The position numbers and the translations under genes are program-made. A stretch of 64,000 bases of DNA from Octopus vulgaris (taxonomy: Eukaryota), in NCBI GenBank assembly GCA_951406725.2, contig OX597819.1, positions 113,274,001 through 113,338,000 on the forward strand, given 5' to 3'. Under the pieces are notes generated by a model. The model searched no databases. It saw only the letters and a program-made list of their open reading frames with translations, and was not told the DNA's origin. Positions 42,111 through 54,801 of this stretch are shown here, one piece after another (positions within the stretch are counted from its first letter, which is position 1; the number at the start of each line of letters is the position of its first letter).

Positions 42111-42490
42111 TTGACTTTTCAACAATACATCAAGCTGTTCCTGAAAAAAAAAAGGATACATAAAAAACAATCGTCAAATTTAGCCCGAACACCCTGCATA
42201 ATGAACCAAATTTCTCTTCTAGAAATAGGAAGGAGTTCTTACTCGAGTGAATAACGTTAAAAAACTTCAAGAACAGACATTTTGTCCAAAACTGAAAAAA
42301 ACAAGATGTGGGGTCACAACACATGATATCGGGGACATCCACCCAGGTATTACTATCGTTTTAGTGTGGATCTATAATATATATTTCTAGAATAAATACA
42401 ACGCCACTAATATTCGGGAATGATACAGAGTCAAGATAAATCAAAAGCGACCATATACTTACTTGATTGCAACGATATTTTAACGTCTTC

Positions 42491-43325
42491 AGGGCGGCAG
42501 GCTGGCTGAAACGTGGGCACGTCGGGCGAAATGCTTAGCAGTATTTCGGCTGCCGTTACGTTGTGAGTTCAAATTCCGCCGAGGTCGACTTTGCCTTTCA
42601 TCCTTTCGGGGTCGATAAATTAAGTACAAGTTAAGCACTGGGGTCGATGTAATCGACTTAATACCTATGTCTGTCCATGTTTGTCTCCTCTATGTTTAGC
42701 CCCTTGTGGGTAATAAAGAAATAGGTATTTCGTCTACAGTTACGTTCTGAGTCCAAATTCTGCCGAGGTCGACTTTGCCTTTCATCGTTTCGGGATCGAT
42801 AAATTAAGTACCAGTTACGCACTGGGGTCGATCTAATCGACTTAATCACTTTGTCTGTCTTTGTTTGTCCTCTCTGTGTTTAGCCCCTTGTGAGTAGTAA
42901 AGAAATAGATATTTCGTCTGTCTTTACGTTGTGAGTTCAAATTCCGCCGAGGTCGACTTTGCGTTTCATCCTTTCGGGGTCGATAAGTTAAGTACCAGTT
43001 GCGTAGTGGGGTCAATCTAATCGACTGGAACTTTCCCTTAAATTTTCGGGCCTTGTGCCTAGAGTAGAAAAGAATATTTTAACGTATTCAAGGCGGTGAG
43101 CTGGTAGAAACGTTAGCACACCAGGCGAAATGCTTAGGAGTATTTTGTCTTTACGTTCTAAGTTCAAATTTCGCCGAGGTCGACTTTGCCTTTCATCCTT
43201 TCGGGGTCGATAAATTAAGTACCAGTTGCGTACTGGGTCGATGAATTAAGTACCAGTTGCGTACTGGCGTCGATCACCCGTTCCTCCAAAATTTCGGGCC
43301 TCGTACCTAGAGTAGAAAAAAATAT
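42491..43325 (+). mobile_element. Two adjacent SINE family A copies (the first has three internal domains)
   Basis: Heads at 42491 and 43090. Target word TATTTTAACGTCTTC occurs before, between and after the copies. Confidence 0.85.
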
Positions 43326-43424
43326 TTTAACGTCTTCGGTGCATGTAACAGAAGATTGTAAAGAAAATTTTCTCAACCTTTATTGTTTTTGCTATTCAGT
43401 GCTCTGATATTATTTATTCCTGTG

Positions 43425-43735
43425 AAGGCGCGTGGCTTAGTTGTTAGGGGCATTCGGCTCACGATTGTAAGGTCGTAAGTTCAATTCCCAGCGGCGCGTT
43501 GTATCCTTGAGCAAGACACTTTATTTCACGTTGCTCTAGTCTACTCAGCTGGTAAAAATGAGTAGTACCTGTATCTCAAAGAGTCAGCCTTGTCACGCTG
43601 AATCTCCCCAAGAACTACGTTAAGGGTACACGTGTTTGTGGAGTGCTCAGCCACTTGCACGTTAATTTCACGAGCAAGCTGTTCCGTTGATCGTATCAGC
43701 TGGAACCCTCGTCGTCGCAACCGACGGAGTGCTCC
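43425..43735 (+). mobile_element. tRNA-derived SINE family E. Related heads at about 11281, 19880, 57003, 58825 (+) and 39240-39360, 40370-40510 (-)
   Basis: GGCGCGTGGCTTAGTTGTTAG..GTTCAATTCCC..CTTGAGCAAGACACTTTATTTCACGTTGCTC. Confidence 0.75.
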
Positions 43736-43894
43736 TTTTTTATTATTTATTCCTAACACTGGTACCATTCCACACATTTCGGAGGATATAATCGACATCC
43801 TCTACTTGAATAATACTTTATTAATTGACTCTGGAAGGAAGAAAGCAAAAATGGCCTCACCAGTATTTAAAGCATCTAATATCAGATCATAATA

Positions 43895-44345
43895 ATTCTT
43901 TCTACTATAGTCATATGTCCTGGAATTTTGAGGGGATGGGGATAGTCGATTACATCGACCCCAGCTCTCAACTGCCACTTACTTCACCGATCACGAAACG
44001 ATGAAAGGCAAAGTTGAGCTCTGCTGTGTTTGAACTTAGGACGTAAGGTGTCATAGGAGATGCCACTAAGCATTTTTTTTCCGATACACAAAAGATTCTG
44101 CCAGCTCACCGCCCTGCCAACAACAAAACAACAACAATAGTAATATTGGTTTAAAATTTTAACACAAATCCAGCAATTTCGCAGTAGAGGTAAGTTGATT
44201 ACATCGCCCCCAATGCTCAAATGGTACATTTTTTATCAAAAGGGAAAGTCGATTTCGACGGAATTTCAATATAGAACGTAAAACCAGACGAAATGCCACT
44301 AAGCAATTTGGCCGTCATGCTAACGATTTTGCCTACTCACCGCCT
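43895..44345 (-). mobile_element. Two older SINE family A copies. Similar - strand copies at 23090-23200 and 47135-47350
   Basis: GATGAAAGGCAAAGT..TTGAACT..GCCAGCTCACCGCC, the reverse of the family A consensus. Confidence 0.7.
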
Positions 44346-44360
44346 ATTATTATTATTATT

Positions 44361-44915
44361 AAGTGAGAGAGCAACGCATGCCATCAAAGTGACACTGGAG
44401 TACAAATATACGAAGTCCAGTATACTCATCATGGCTACCCGTCTGATAAGGACACACTAAGCACATGCATCACAACCATATGAGCGGGACATGGTGATCT
44501 TGTATCAGAATAAACAGCGCATGACCAGGTGGGGGCCCAATTAGAATTTTCTTCAGGTCGAGTAGCCCATCTCGCTCAAAAGGTCCCTGAATAAGAGTCG
44601 CTTAAGGATGTTGGACGAAACACCCATGTTCCCAGAGGTAACTTATCCGAACCCCAAAGAATTCCTTTCAACACATGGCTACGATGCTCCCCCAGTACTT
44701 CTGCTCGTGATCAGAAATGCACATATCGTCAGCCAGCAAGGGACATACTCAACTGGTTAAGGTCAAACAACTGGCAAGCAAATCTGTGGTATTGAGTAGA
44801 ATATTGTTTGTAGCCCATCTTTTACACCAAGACAACACAATGTACATGATAACACTTCCAATCAGTTAAGACCAGAAACCATGAGAGCCACTGCCCGGTA
44901 CTGCATCAGGGTCTA
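44361..44915. mobile_element. Repeat family C, longest copy
   Basis: Colinear with 6681-7150, flanked by TTA repeats on both sides. Confidence 0.85.
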
Positions 44916-44918
44916 TCA

Positions 44919-44994
<76 letters not shown>

Positions 44995-45289
44995 GATGAT
45001 GAGGAGGAGGAGGAGGAGGACGCTGATGATAATGATTCCTGACAAAAGCACAAGGTCACAAATTTGGTGTTGTCTAGAGTAGATTGTCGACGATTATATC
45101 GATATCTCCTTATTTAAGTGATGTTATCTCATGGCCCTTGGGAGGATGGTATGCAAAGGTGATCACCACAGGATTAGAACTCAAAACAAAATAAAAAGGA
45201 AATGTAAATAAACAAAACACAAAATATCAGTTTTCCCGTCGATCTTCTCATGATGTTGCACTCTGTACACAGTGTGTGTATACATACAC

Positions 45290-45670
45290 AGGCATGGTTG
45301 TCTGGTAAGAAGCTTGCTTCCCAGCCACATGGTTCCGGGTTCAGTCCCACTGCGTGGCACCTTGAGCAAGTGTCTTCTACTTTAGCTTCGAGCCGATCAA
45401 AACCTTGTGAGTGGATTTCGTAGACGGAAACTGAAAAAAGCCCGTCGTATATATGTATATGTGCGTGTGTGTGTGCGCCCTTTGTGTCTCTGTCTCCCAC
45501 CATCGCTTGACAACCGATGTTAGCGTGTTTACGTCCCCATAACATAGCGACTTGCCAAAAGAGACCTATAGAGTAAGTACTTACAAAAGAATAAGTCCTA
45601 AAAAACCCTTTAAGGCGGTGCTCCAGCATGGCCGCAGTCGAGTGACTGAAACAAGAATAAAAGACTGAAA
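45290..45670 (+). mobile_element. SINE family B
   Basis: Colinear with 7690-8088. Confidence 0.85.
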
Positions 45671-45689
45671 GAATACATACATACATAAA

Positions 45690-46425
45690 CTGTAGCTAGG
45701 ATATTCTATAATGAAATCCGTCGGAAGGATAATCCCGAGGACAAAGAAATAAAGACCCACAATATGGTAGAAGCCATAGCCACTCATAAAAAAAAAAGGA
45801 ATACTGGTGGAATGTCCAACTGAAAACCTCAATAAAATGTAAACACAATAGACCTGATATAATGACTTGGGATAGAGTAGAGAAACTCTGTTCAGTTGTG
45901 GAAATCAGCTGCTCAGTGGATGTTGAGATAAAGCTGAAGATCAGTGAGAAAGAGAATACCTATGCTGAACTATTGAGAAATCTACAGTTACTCTATCCTG
46001 ATTACAAGTTCAGGTTTATACCTGTAATTATTGGGGCCCTGCGATATGTAACACACTCCCTAAATACCAATCTTGAGAAATTAGGCTTCTCAAAACCAGA
46101 AAGGAGAGTGCTAATTCGAAGACTTCAGATTCAGTCCATCACTGGAATTGTAAAAATCTGTAAAACTTTCCAGAAGTTTATCAGTTAAGTATATATAAGC
46201 ATGTCTAGATTTGTAACTATATGCATACATAAAACATACAAATCTGCACGTAGATACATACATACATACATGCATGCATACATACATACATACATACATA
46301 CATACATACATACATACATACATACCCTGTTGTTAATGTTGAAATTCCAATGAAGGAACCTTGGGTTTAGGTTAGAAACCAGTTCTTTCTCTATTGGCAA
46401 GAAATCTTGAAATAAACTGAATAAT
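45690..46425 (+). mobile_element. 3' fragment of an R4/Dong-like non-LTR retrotransposon (restriction-like endonuclease domain plus 3' UTR)
   Basis: KCKHNRPDIMTWDRVEKLCSVVEISCSVD..K..EKENTYAELLRNL..PVIIGAL fits the PD..(D/E)..K..Y RLE motif. Both ends abut (CATA)n. Confidence 0.8.
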
Positions 46426-46453
46426 GACATACATACACACACACACGTATACA

Positions 46454-46486
<33 letters not shown>

Positions 46487-46779
46487 GTGTGTCTGTGTGG
46501 TTCTCCCACTACCGCTTATATGAGTGTGTGTGTGTGTGTGTTTGTGCGTGTGTGTATGTATGTGTGTGTGTGTACTCGACGAGTTTCCACACAGTTTCTA
46601 TCTCCCAAATTCACTTACATGTTTTAATAAAGAAAAGTATGGTTTTAGAGCTATTCCATTTCCAAATCCTGCATCTGTGGAATCGTTCCAAATTTCTCGT
46701 AATAACTTTCCAGGCATTTCTTTCGGTTTAGTTTCTGCTTAGTAAGGATAAAATCAGTTATTTTTTCTTTCTTACTTAC

Positions 46780-46993
46780 TTTTTTCCTCTGCTGGAATGT
46801 ATGTGAAAGGTGTCAATTATCGCAAGAAAGCCCCTGCTTGTCTGCGGTTCCTCAGTATTTCGGAAAACATTTCCTACTGTCACCACCGTAAACGTATTGA
46901 GAAATTCTGCTGTGACGGCAGAAAGAAATAATAAATACCAGGTTTTTTGCTCTAAATGTGGAAGAGAGATAACAATTGTGCTTCTTCTCTTCC
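46780..46993 (-). other. Candidate orphan exon (unknown gene or lncRNA) on the minus strand
   Basis: Strong acceptor ttttctgtttatcttattgcag| and consensus donor |gtaagt around 214 nt of unique sequence. Exactly one frame is open (KRRSTIVISLPHLEQKTWYLLFLSAVTAEFLNTF...HSSRGK). No homolog recognised. Confidence 0.35.
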
Positions 46994-47749
46994 CTGCAAT
47001 AAGATAAACAGAAAACAATCATAAGATAAACAGGCCAGATGTAAACACACGTTTAGAAAAATAACACAACAGTAAACACAGCCAGTGTTAGTGATTGTAA
47101 CTCACGTCTTAACACGGTGGCATGTGATTATAATAATTGTTTCTAATGTAGGCACAAAACACGATATTTAGAGGAGAGTGTCTAGTCGGTTGCATTGACC
47201 CTAGTTTTTGACTCGTACTTTATTTTATTGAACCAGGAGTTTCGATAAAATTGACCTCAGCGGAATTTGAACTCAAAGTGTAAAGGGTCGGAAGAAATAC
47301 CCCAAGGTAATTTATGTCCGACGCCGTAACGATTCCGCCAATCTATCGCCTTTTTTCTGATAATGATAATAATTTCTATAATTATTATTATTAGGTTTAC
47401 AGATGAAGGAACATTACAAAGGTAAGTCGCAAAATAGTGTAAAAGATAATTAAATTAAAAGATAATTAGACGTGGTGTCCCATTAGGAAAACGGTCACAC
47501 GAAATCAATTAGGGAACTCTGCAGATATTCGATTGTCCTGACTGCTAAGAGTAAGTCTTCTCTCCCAGTAGTGTTCTGGTCAACAGGCTCATGCCAAGAA
47601 TAGATCCATTCATTTGGGCCAGTCTCGCCTATCTTGTCATTCTCACCCACCTTTCAGCAAATTAAAAGTATACCATCTTCGAATCTTCCTCAAGAAATTG
47701 ACAAGAGCTTGACAGATGAGTAGTGTGTCTCTTCTCAACCCTTTTGTTC

Positions 47750-48950
47750 TTATTCACCAAGTAATCAGCTTCACCACAGCCACCAGACATGAAAACTGCC
47801 TATCCTTTCTTCCTAAAAAAGAGACGGGATCCTCAAAACAGACTCGGTTGATAGCTGGATCCATCTCATACGTATAGCAGCTGCTGTCCCGTGTAGTTCG
47901 TAACGTATAGCAGCTGGTATCTCGTGTGGATCGTACACTGAACATGTACGTGCACTACAATTTCATCGCTCTGTGACATTACAGACAGATCCGATTCACG
48001 GCGACTCTATATTTGCAGAGTTGATATCAAACCAGAAGTTTCTCATAATTGCAGAAACTCTCCGGAATGGACTATTCAAAATGAGCTTTTTAACACCATT
48101 GATTGTATTCCGACAAGCAGGGAATACTGAACGACTGACAACATTCCAGGTGACTAGCACCTTAATCTTCTCCACAAAAGTCAAGAGCAACTCCGTCAAA
48201 GAGACGAGTTGTTGAAATATATACCGAACAAAAACAACCACATTCAGTCACTTTCAAGAACCTGGAGAGTGTATACCTCAGTGCGTTCCCGAGTATCGTC
48301 ATAGTTCGTGGCATCTTATGCCTTCACGCAGAAGCGTTAGCAGGAGATGGACAAGTGGAACGCATCCCTTCTACGAGAGGCAAGAGGATATACGCTTTAA
48401 TGTGGTCAGGTGAAAACAGGGCACAACTGTCATGCGATAATAAATAAGGTGTATATGTTCGCCAACTCTGCCCGAACTTTCGATGATAGCTCCCTTTTAG
48501 CTCTTTTGTGGCTGGTACTGGTTACCCTGATCGTAACGTTATTATAGCTTCTGTCAGCCTGAAGGTCTGGTACGAACCAAACCTAGGTAGCTTAATGTGA
48601 CCATCGTCCCAACACCACTCAGCTGGTCGGTTTGGATTTGCTTCTCCAGCTCTACAATTGAAAGCTCACTGAACTGTTCAGTAGTGCCCCTCGACACCAT
48701 TTCTACGTCAAGAATTTCCACATGTCCTGGTCCGATAGACCTCCGGAAAAGGATCAAACAAATCATTCCCATCGAAGCTCAGAATTTCCCCGAGAACGTC
48801 AGCGCTTTTGCCTATTTACTAAAAATTGCTAATGTTCAGCTTCCATCGACTACACTGTCTGAAGCAGTGAGTGCTTGATAACATTCCAGATATCAGAGGC
48901 TTGGTTTTGATTTTTTCTTGACCCAAAACTGCAACTTTGATAAAGAGGCA
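47750..48950 (-). pseudogene. Possible Gypsy gag/protease fossil
   Basis: Higher-complexity block with fragmentary resemblance to gag-protease motifs (KLQFW, EQ..L..EL, PVSFLG..RQF). The resemblance is weak. Confidence 0.25.
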
Positions 48951-49849
48951 AGCTGCAAAAAGAGGTGACCTACATGCAGAAACCACAGCCAATCATCATA
49001 AAGGTATTTCTGCAGATACCACACCCTCAGTGCTTGTCAGTGCATTAACAGCCACGATATGCCACAGTGTAAAAGGGCTGGTAGCAAATGAACTACCTGA
49101 CTAGTAAAAAGTGTCCCTTTTCGCAACAAGCGAAAGAAGAGATGCTCTAGTCTTGTCAAACGAAAACTGGGACAAAACAATATTTAGTAATTGCACAACA
49201 GTTAACAATAATAATGAAACAAATTTAAGCATGAAGAATTGGTGAATGTTTCTGTATTTAAAACGCCCCGTGCTGCTTCAATATTTCCTCTTTAGTTTTT
49301 GTACATTTACATGAATGTTTGGTTAACGGCTTTATTTGTTTTTGTTTTTTTATTATTATTTTCTCAGTGGTGTTTTTCCTCAAAGTTTAAGAATTTCTGT
49401 TAGATTGTGGTTGAGAATTCTGGAACCTTTCGGATATTTCACTCACGTAATCCAAACATTAAAAAATGTTGTTGGGGGAGGAATTACAGAAATGAGTTTA
49501 GTTTATTTAGCATCTCAAGTAAACATTTGGTAATTTCATATATAGTCTCGTGTGAAATTGATCCCGTGGGACCGGCTTTGTATAATCCATAAGGGTTTTA
49601 AATTGTTAAATTGAAATAAGGAACATGGATAACTGCTGACAGCTGATTTCAGTGACACAAAGTTTCCGAGTATGTGTTCATAATGTACGTGTGTGTATGT
49701 ACAAGAACGTGTGTAAGTGTGTGTACATGTGTGTGTCCAACATACAACATACTATCGTAGTTGCATTAACAGAGTTATATCTCATACTAGAAATACAGAT
49801 GTTCCGGTTTATATACCAGGCTTTATGAAAAACAGATCAGGCCTACTAC

Positions 49850-50550
49850 CTAGAAAGACTGGCGAAATGGAGTTATGTCTCTAAGAAGACCACACTGCTA
49901 GGGATTTTTTTTTCGCTCCAACATCATATTACTGATTGGCTATGTAAAACAGAACATCGCATCATGTGTCATCTCCCTCCCTCCTTAAGAAATAGCTCCT
50001 TATTGTAGCTCCTCTGACAAACATACATAGAATAGAAGCCAACACTTGTGATATCATCCTTCTGGCTTATCTGTATCAAGAAGTAAAGTCGCCTTTGAGA
50101 GCGAATTTATTTCTGGTTGATTCAGATCGTCTCGCATTAACTATTAATGCGACCGACAGGCAAACCAAGGAAAGAACAACAAATTGAACACCCCGTTATA
50201 TTCTCCCAAGCAACTTAACAAAACAGAACATAATCGAATCAATAAGCTATCTTGACACTAACTTGGTCTCAAGGCCGGATGGTCAACTGTCCTGTAACTA
50301 AAATCCTACTACCTTTCAGGTCCTTTGAAAATATTACGTCAGAACTATTTAGACGCTAGCGACATCCAGAAGTGTTGAGAGAAACAATACTAGCATCAAT
50401 TGATAAATATGACAGTAGGACACAAACTGGGAATTACAGATATGTGCCACCGACATCCCACTCCACCATTCAAAAGTCCGGAAGAGAATTACATGCAAAA
50501 GCTTTTAGCAACACCCATCACGGTTTCCAGTCCAGAAGCATCTGACACAG
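49850..50550 (+). pseudogene. Very old LINE RT remnant
   Basis: Degenerate SRPDG (GPDG-like, about 50270) and HHGFQSRS (QHGFR-like, about 50517) in the expected order. Truncated by a SINE. Confidence 0.35.
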
Positions 50551-51010
50551 CAGAATTTGAACTCAGAGCGTAGAGGCAGACGAAATACCTATTTCTTTAC
50601 TACCCACAAGGAGCTAAACACAGAGAGGACAAACAAGGACAGACAAACGGATTAAGTCGATTATATCGACCCCAGTACGTAACTGGTATTTATTTAATCG
50701 ATCCCGAAAGGATGAAAGGCAAAGTCGACCTCGGCGGAATTTGAACTCAGAACGTAGCGGCAGACATAATACCTATTTCTTTACTAACCACAAGGGGCTA
50801 AAGGCTAAACACAGAGAGAACAAACAAGAACAGACAAACGGATTAAATCGATTACATCGACTTCAGTGCGTAACTGGTACTTAATTTATCGACCCCGAAA
50901 GGATGAAAGGCAAAGTCGACCTCGGCGGAATTTGAACTCAGAACGTGACGGCAGACGAAATACGGCTACGCAATTCTCCCGGCGTGCTAACGTTTCTGCC
51001 AACTCGCTGT
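50550..51010 (-). mobile_element. SINE family A, multimeric form
   Basis: Reverse complement of the 42491-42900 structure. Confidence 0.85.
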
Positions 51011-51246
51011 CCTAATTTTACTTCCTAATATTGAGAACCGTGTCTTCTCATTATTTTCAGGGGAAGTTGAGTTCATGAGTGCTGTTCTTCATAATAATGA
51101 AGCTATTTGTAGTTCCACCTTTACAGGTTTTAAACCCAGCTAATTACGCTTCTTTTAAAAGCCAAACGTACGTAATAAGGCTTCCAGAAAAAAGTTTCCG
51201 GTTTATTAGTCGAGTAAAAAGCAACGTATACTCGCATAAATACACG

Positions 51247-51300
<54 letters not shown>

Positions 51301-51717
51301 TATATTCCACCCATAACATTTGATCTCTATCTGTGTTTATCTACCCATTTTCTCATCCGTCCTCTATCATTGGTCACAGCTTGTCATATTTTTATATCTG
51401 CACCGAAACATATTTCCAAGGTTTTTAAGTAATTTCCTTCTAACGTCTTCAGTATCACACCATCACCACCACCACGTCATTATCACCATCATCACCATCA
51501 TTACAATCACCGTTATTATTATCATCATCAATGTTCTTATTCTTACTGATAATGCTAATCGGTTGACTAATTAAATTTTACAATATTCAGCATTTTCCAA
51601 GAACTTTCAATTCTAAGCAGTTAGGGACCACCGATGGAGATAACAATTTTTTCACAATTAATATTATGCGTGTTTGTGTGTGTACATACATATATAATAT
51701 ATATGCTCGTTTTTAGT

Positions 51718-51793
<76 letters not shown>

Positions 51794-52496
51794 GTGCTTG
51801 CTTTTGGTTATGTTGTTGAAAAAGAATTTATCAGTGAAAAGCCTTATCATTAGGAAAATAACTCAAACAACTTTTCTACACTGTATTCTCAATAAACAAA
51901 GCTACTGTGTACACCACCTGGTATTCTGATATTCGATGTAATTGCTTTCCTCCAGTCACTACGTTTTCAGTGGTCTTAGGAAGTGAACGGAAGGGAACCA
52001 TAGAAGCAACGTTGTGTGAAATCCAGGTAATGTAAGTTGAGAGCAGAAATCAAAGCTGTCATTCGTAATGCGACAAAGACCATCTCCAGACGTTTCTGTC
52101 CCCAGCAAAGGTGGAGAGACGGAACACCCCAACTTCTGCTGACACCATCACTACAGCGGTAACAGTACTGAAAGCAAATACAACAACAGCACCAGCAACA
52201 GCCTGCAGCCACAATAGTAACAACAGTATCATTAATAGCTAATGTAAAACCATCAGCTGCTAACGGTAGTAACAGCAGTAGAAGTAACAGAGATTACAGA
52301 TTCAACTACATGACTAGAGGTAGTACCTACAGCAAATGAAACACCAACAACAGCGGAAGCAGCAACTACAAAAACAACAGAAAATACACGATGAAAGGCT
52401 ACCAGATAACAGACAATAGCAACAAAATATCCGCCAAACAACAATTTTATCAACAACAAGGCATATCCTATAAGCACATTATTAGGAAATTTTCGT

Positions 52497-52535
<39 letters not shown>

Positions 52536-52666
52536 TTATGAGAGGTAATGGTATCAAGAATATCCAAAGGTGTCAGGTAATGCTAAGTGCTATGGACAGA
52601 CTATAGTTAAGCTCCAGTTTCGGTGATTATGCGAATGAGGAGTCCAACGTAGGTCATATATTAGCA

Positions 52667-52744
<78 letters not shown>

Positions 52745-52806
52745 CAGAATGAAATAAAATAAAAATTCAAGGCTGTGAAAGATTTCAGAACATTTATAAA
52801 GAGAAT

Positions 52807-52854
52807 GTCTTACAGCTGTTTCCGGGATATTTTATATATCCCTTCATCAGAGAC
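52807..52854 (-). ncRNA. Minimal type I hammerhead ribozyme motif
   Basis: Reverse complement reads GTCT CTGATGA A-GGGATAT-ATAAA-ATATCCC-G GAAA CAGCTG TA AGAC. Canonical core, palindromic ACAGCTGT stem III, GUA triplet. Confidence 0.75.
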
Positions 52855-53157
52855 GGTGCGAGAAAATGGTTAAGCAATAGTTATTATAGAGAAGATATGA
52901 AATACAGACTGAAGTGGAGGAATGAAAACAGACTATGATGCTCCCTCACTACCTCTGCTTGTGATCAGAAATGCACATATCGTCAGCCAATAAGGGACAT
53001 GCTCAACTGTTTAGGATCAAGCAACCGACAAACAAATCTGTGGTATTGAGCAGAATATTTGCTGTAGACCATCTTTTATACCAAGACAAAACAATGTACA
53101 GGATAACACTTCCAATCAGTTAAGACCAGAAGCCATAAGAGCCACTGCCTGTTATTG

Positions 53158-53227
<70 letters not shown>

Positions 53228-53228
<1 letters not shown>

Positions 53229-53794
53229 TGTTATCGCCATATTAATATGGCATTCTTATAGATGTAAGAATAATCGCTGCCGCTGGTCAGCTCCATGAGG
53301 CCACCGCCATCAAGATAGCTATTGATACACGATCTGTATCCATTATAACCTTCGAACAAGGGAGGTCAGCCGCTTCACACTGCCAGTCCGACAGCTACAG
53401 ACGCGTTTCGGGGGTATTGCCCCTTGTCAATGTAGCGCAGTCAGACCCGCAGGTGTCGCCACTAACGTCTCTGTTCGAAGGTTTTTATTTACCTAGTTGA
53501 AAACAAGTGGATGCATTCCACTGAAACTAGGTAAATAGAAACCTTCGAACAGAGACGTCAGTGGCGACACCTGCGGGTCTGACTGCGCTACATTGACAAG
53601 GGGCAATACCCCGAAACGCGTCTGTAGCTGTCGGACTGGCAGTGTGAAGCGGCTGACCTCCCTTGTTCGAAGGTTATAATGGATACAGATCGTGTATCAA
53701 TAGCAATCTTGATGGCGGTGGCCTCATGGAGCTGACCAGCGGCAGCGATTATTCTTATATCTATAAGAATGCCATATTAATATGGCGATAACAA
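53228..53794. mobile_element. 567-bp near-perfect palindrome, probably inverted Penelope-like pseudo-LTRs
   Basis: Arms 53228-53498 and 53525-53794 differ by 4 substitutions and 1 indel by manual comparison, with a 26-nt spacer. Each arm carries a hammerhead motif. Lies between (TTA)n tracts. Confidence 0.8.
53587..53628 (+). ncRNA. Minimal type I hammerhead ribozyme motif, U3:A8 core variant (Penelope/retrozyme type)
   Basis: GCTACA TTGACAA GGGG-CAATA-CCCC GAAA CGCG TC TGTAGC. 6-bp stem I, 4-bp stem II, palindromic ACGCGT stem III, GUC cleavage triplet. A mirror copy lies on the - strand at about 53394-53436. Confidence 0.75.
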
Positions 53795-53853
53795 TTAATT
53801 TCCAGTAAACGCTGCTGCAATCTCTTTTATAGAGACTTAGTAATTTTAATATT

Positions 53854-53915
<62 letters not shown>

Positions 53916-54062
53916 ATTTCCACTGAGAGCGTCTATACAACACTCTAGGGACCGAAAGTGTAATGTCCTCTTTCGGTTCCCTTGTGGCAAATAAGAAAGC
54001 GATTAATATAGCTACTACAACTACTGGTGTTGCTAATACTACCACTGCTGCTGCTACTACTG

Positions 54063-54113
<51 letters not shown>

Positions 54114-54524
54114 TAGTTACTACTACTACTACTAATTCTACTGCTGTTACAACTGCTACGACTACTACCACTGAAGCTACTAATGTTGCCGAAGACCATG
54201 TCTTAGGATTTTCTTCTACCCCAATCAGTTTATCGTTCATTATCCATTGAAACTGCCAATGGTTCACGAACGATAACCTAACAGACGTTTCATATGAGAG
54301 GAATCTACTATTTCTAGCACCCACCGGCATTAACATAAGAGGATAAGAGACATTGACTGATATTGCAACATGTTTAAATATAGTCATCATTCCTTGTATG
54401 CCTGGTACCGTTTTCTGCTTCCACTCGGGACATACGAAAGGAATCAGAATGAGAGAGACAGAGAGAGAGAGAGATTCAGAGAGACAGAGAGACAGGTAGA
54501 CAGACAGAGTCATATGTATGTGTA

Positions 54525-54626
<102 letters not shown>

Positions 54627-54753
54627 CATACATATGTGTGTATGAATGTATATATAGGTATATGCTGATATCTCTATATATACATATATATATATATATT
54701 CATATATGAGATAAAAACCAACGCCTTGAAGATTTTAGAACATTTATAAATAG

Positions 54754-54801
54754 GTCTTACAGCTGTTTCTAGGATATTTACTATATCCTTTCATTGGAGA
54801 T
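54754..54801 (-). pseudogene. Decayed copy of the 52807 hammerhead family
   Basis: Reverse complement reads ATCT CCAATGA A-AGGATAT-AGTAA-ATATCCT-A GAAA CAGCTG TA AGAC. The core is mutated (CTGATGA to CCAATGA). Flanks 54730-54880 align by eye with 52780-52930. Confidence 0.6.

Noticed and set aside
51918-52167. Possible minus-strand exon after ttgtatttgctttcag
   Set aside because: All three frames hit stops and the donor is weak; the acceptor lies in low-complexity sequence.
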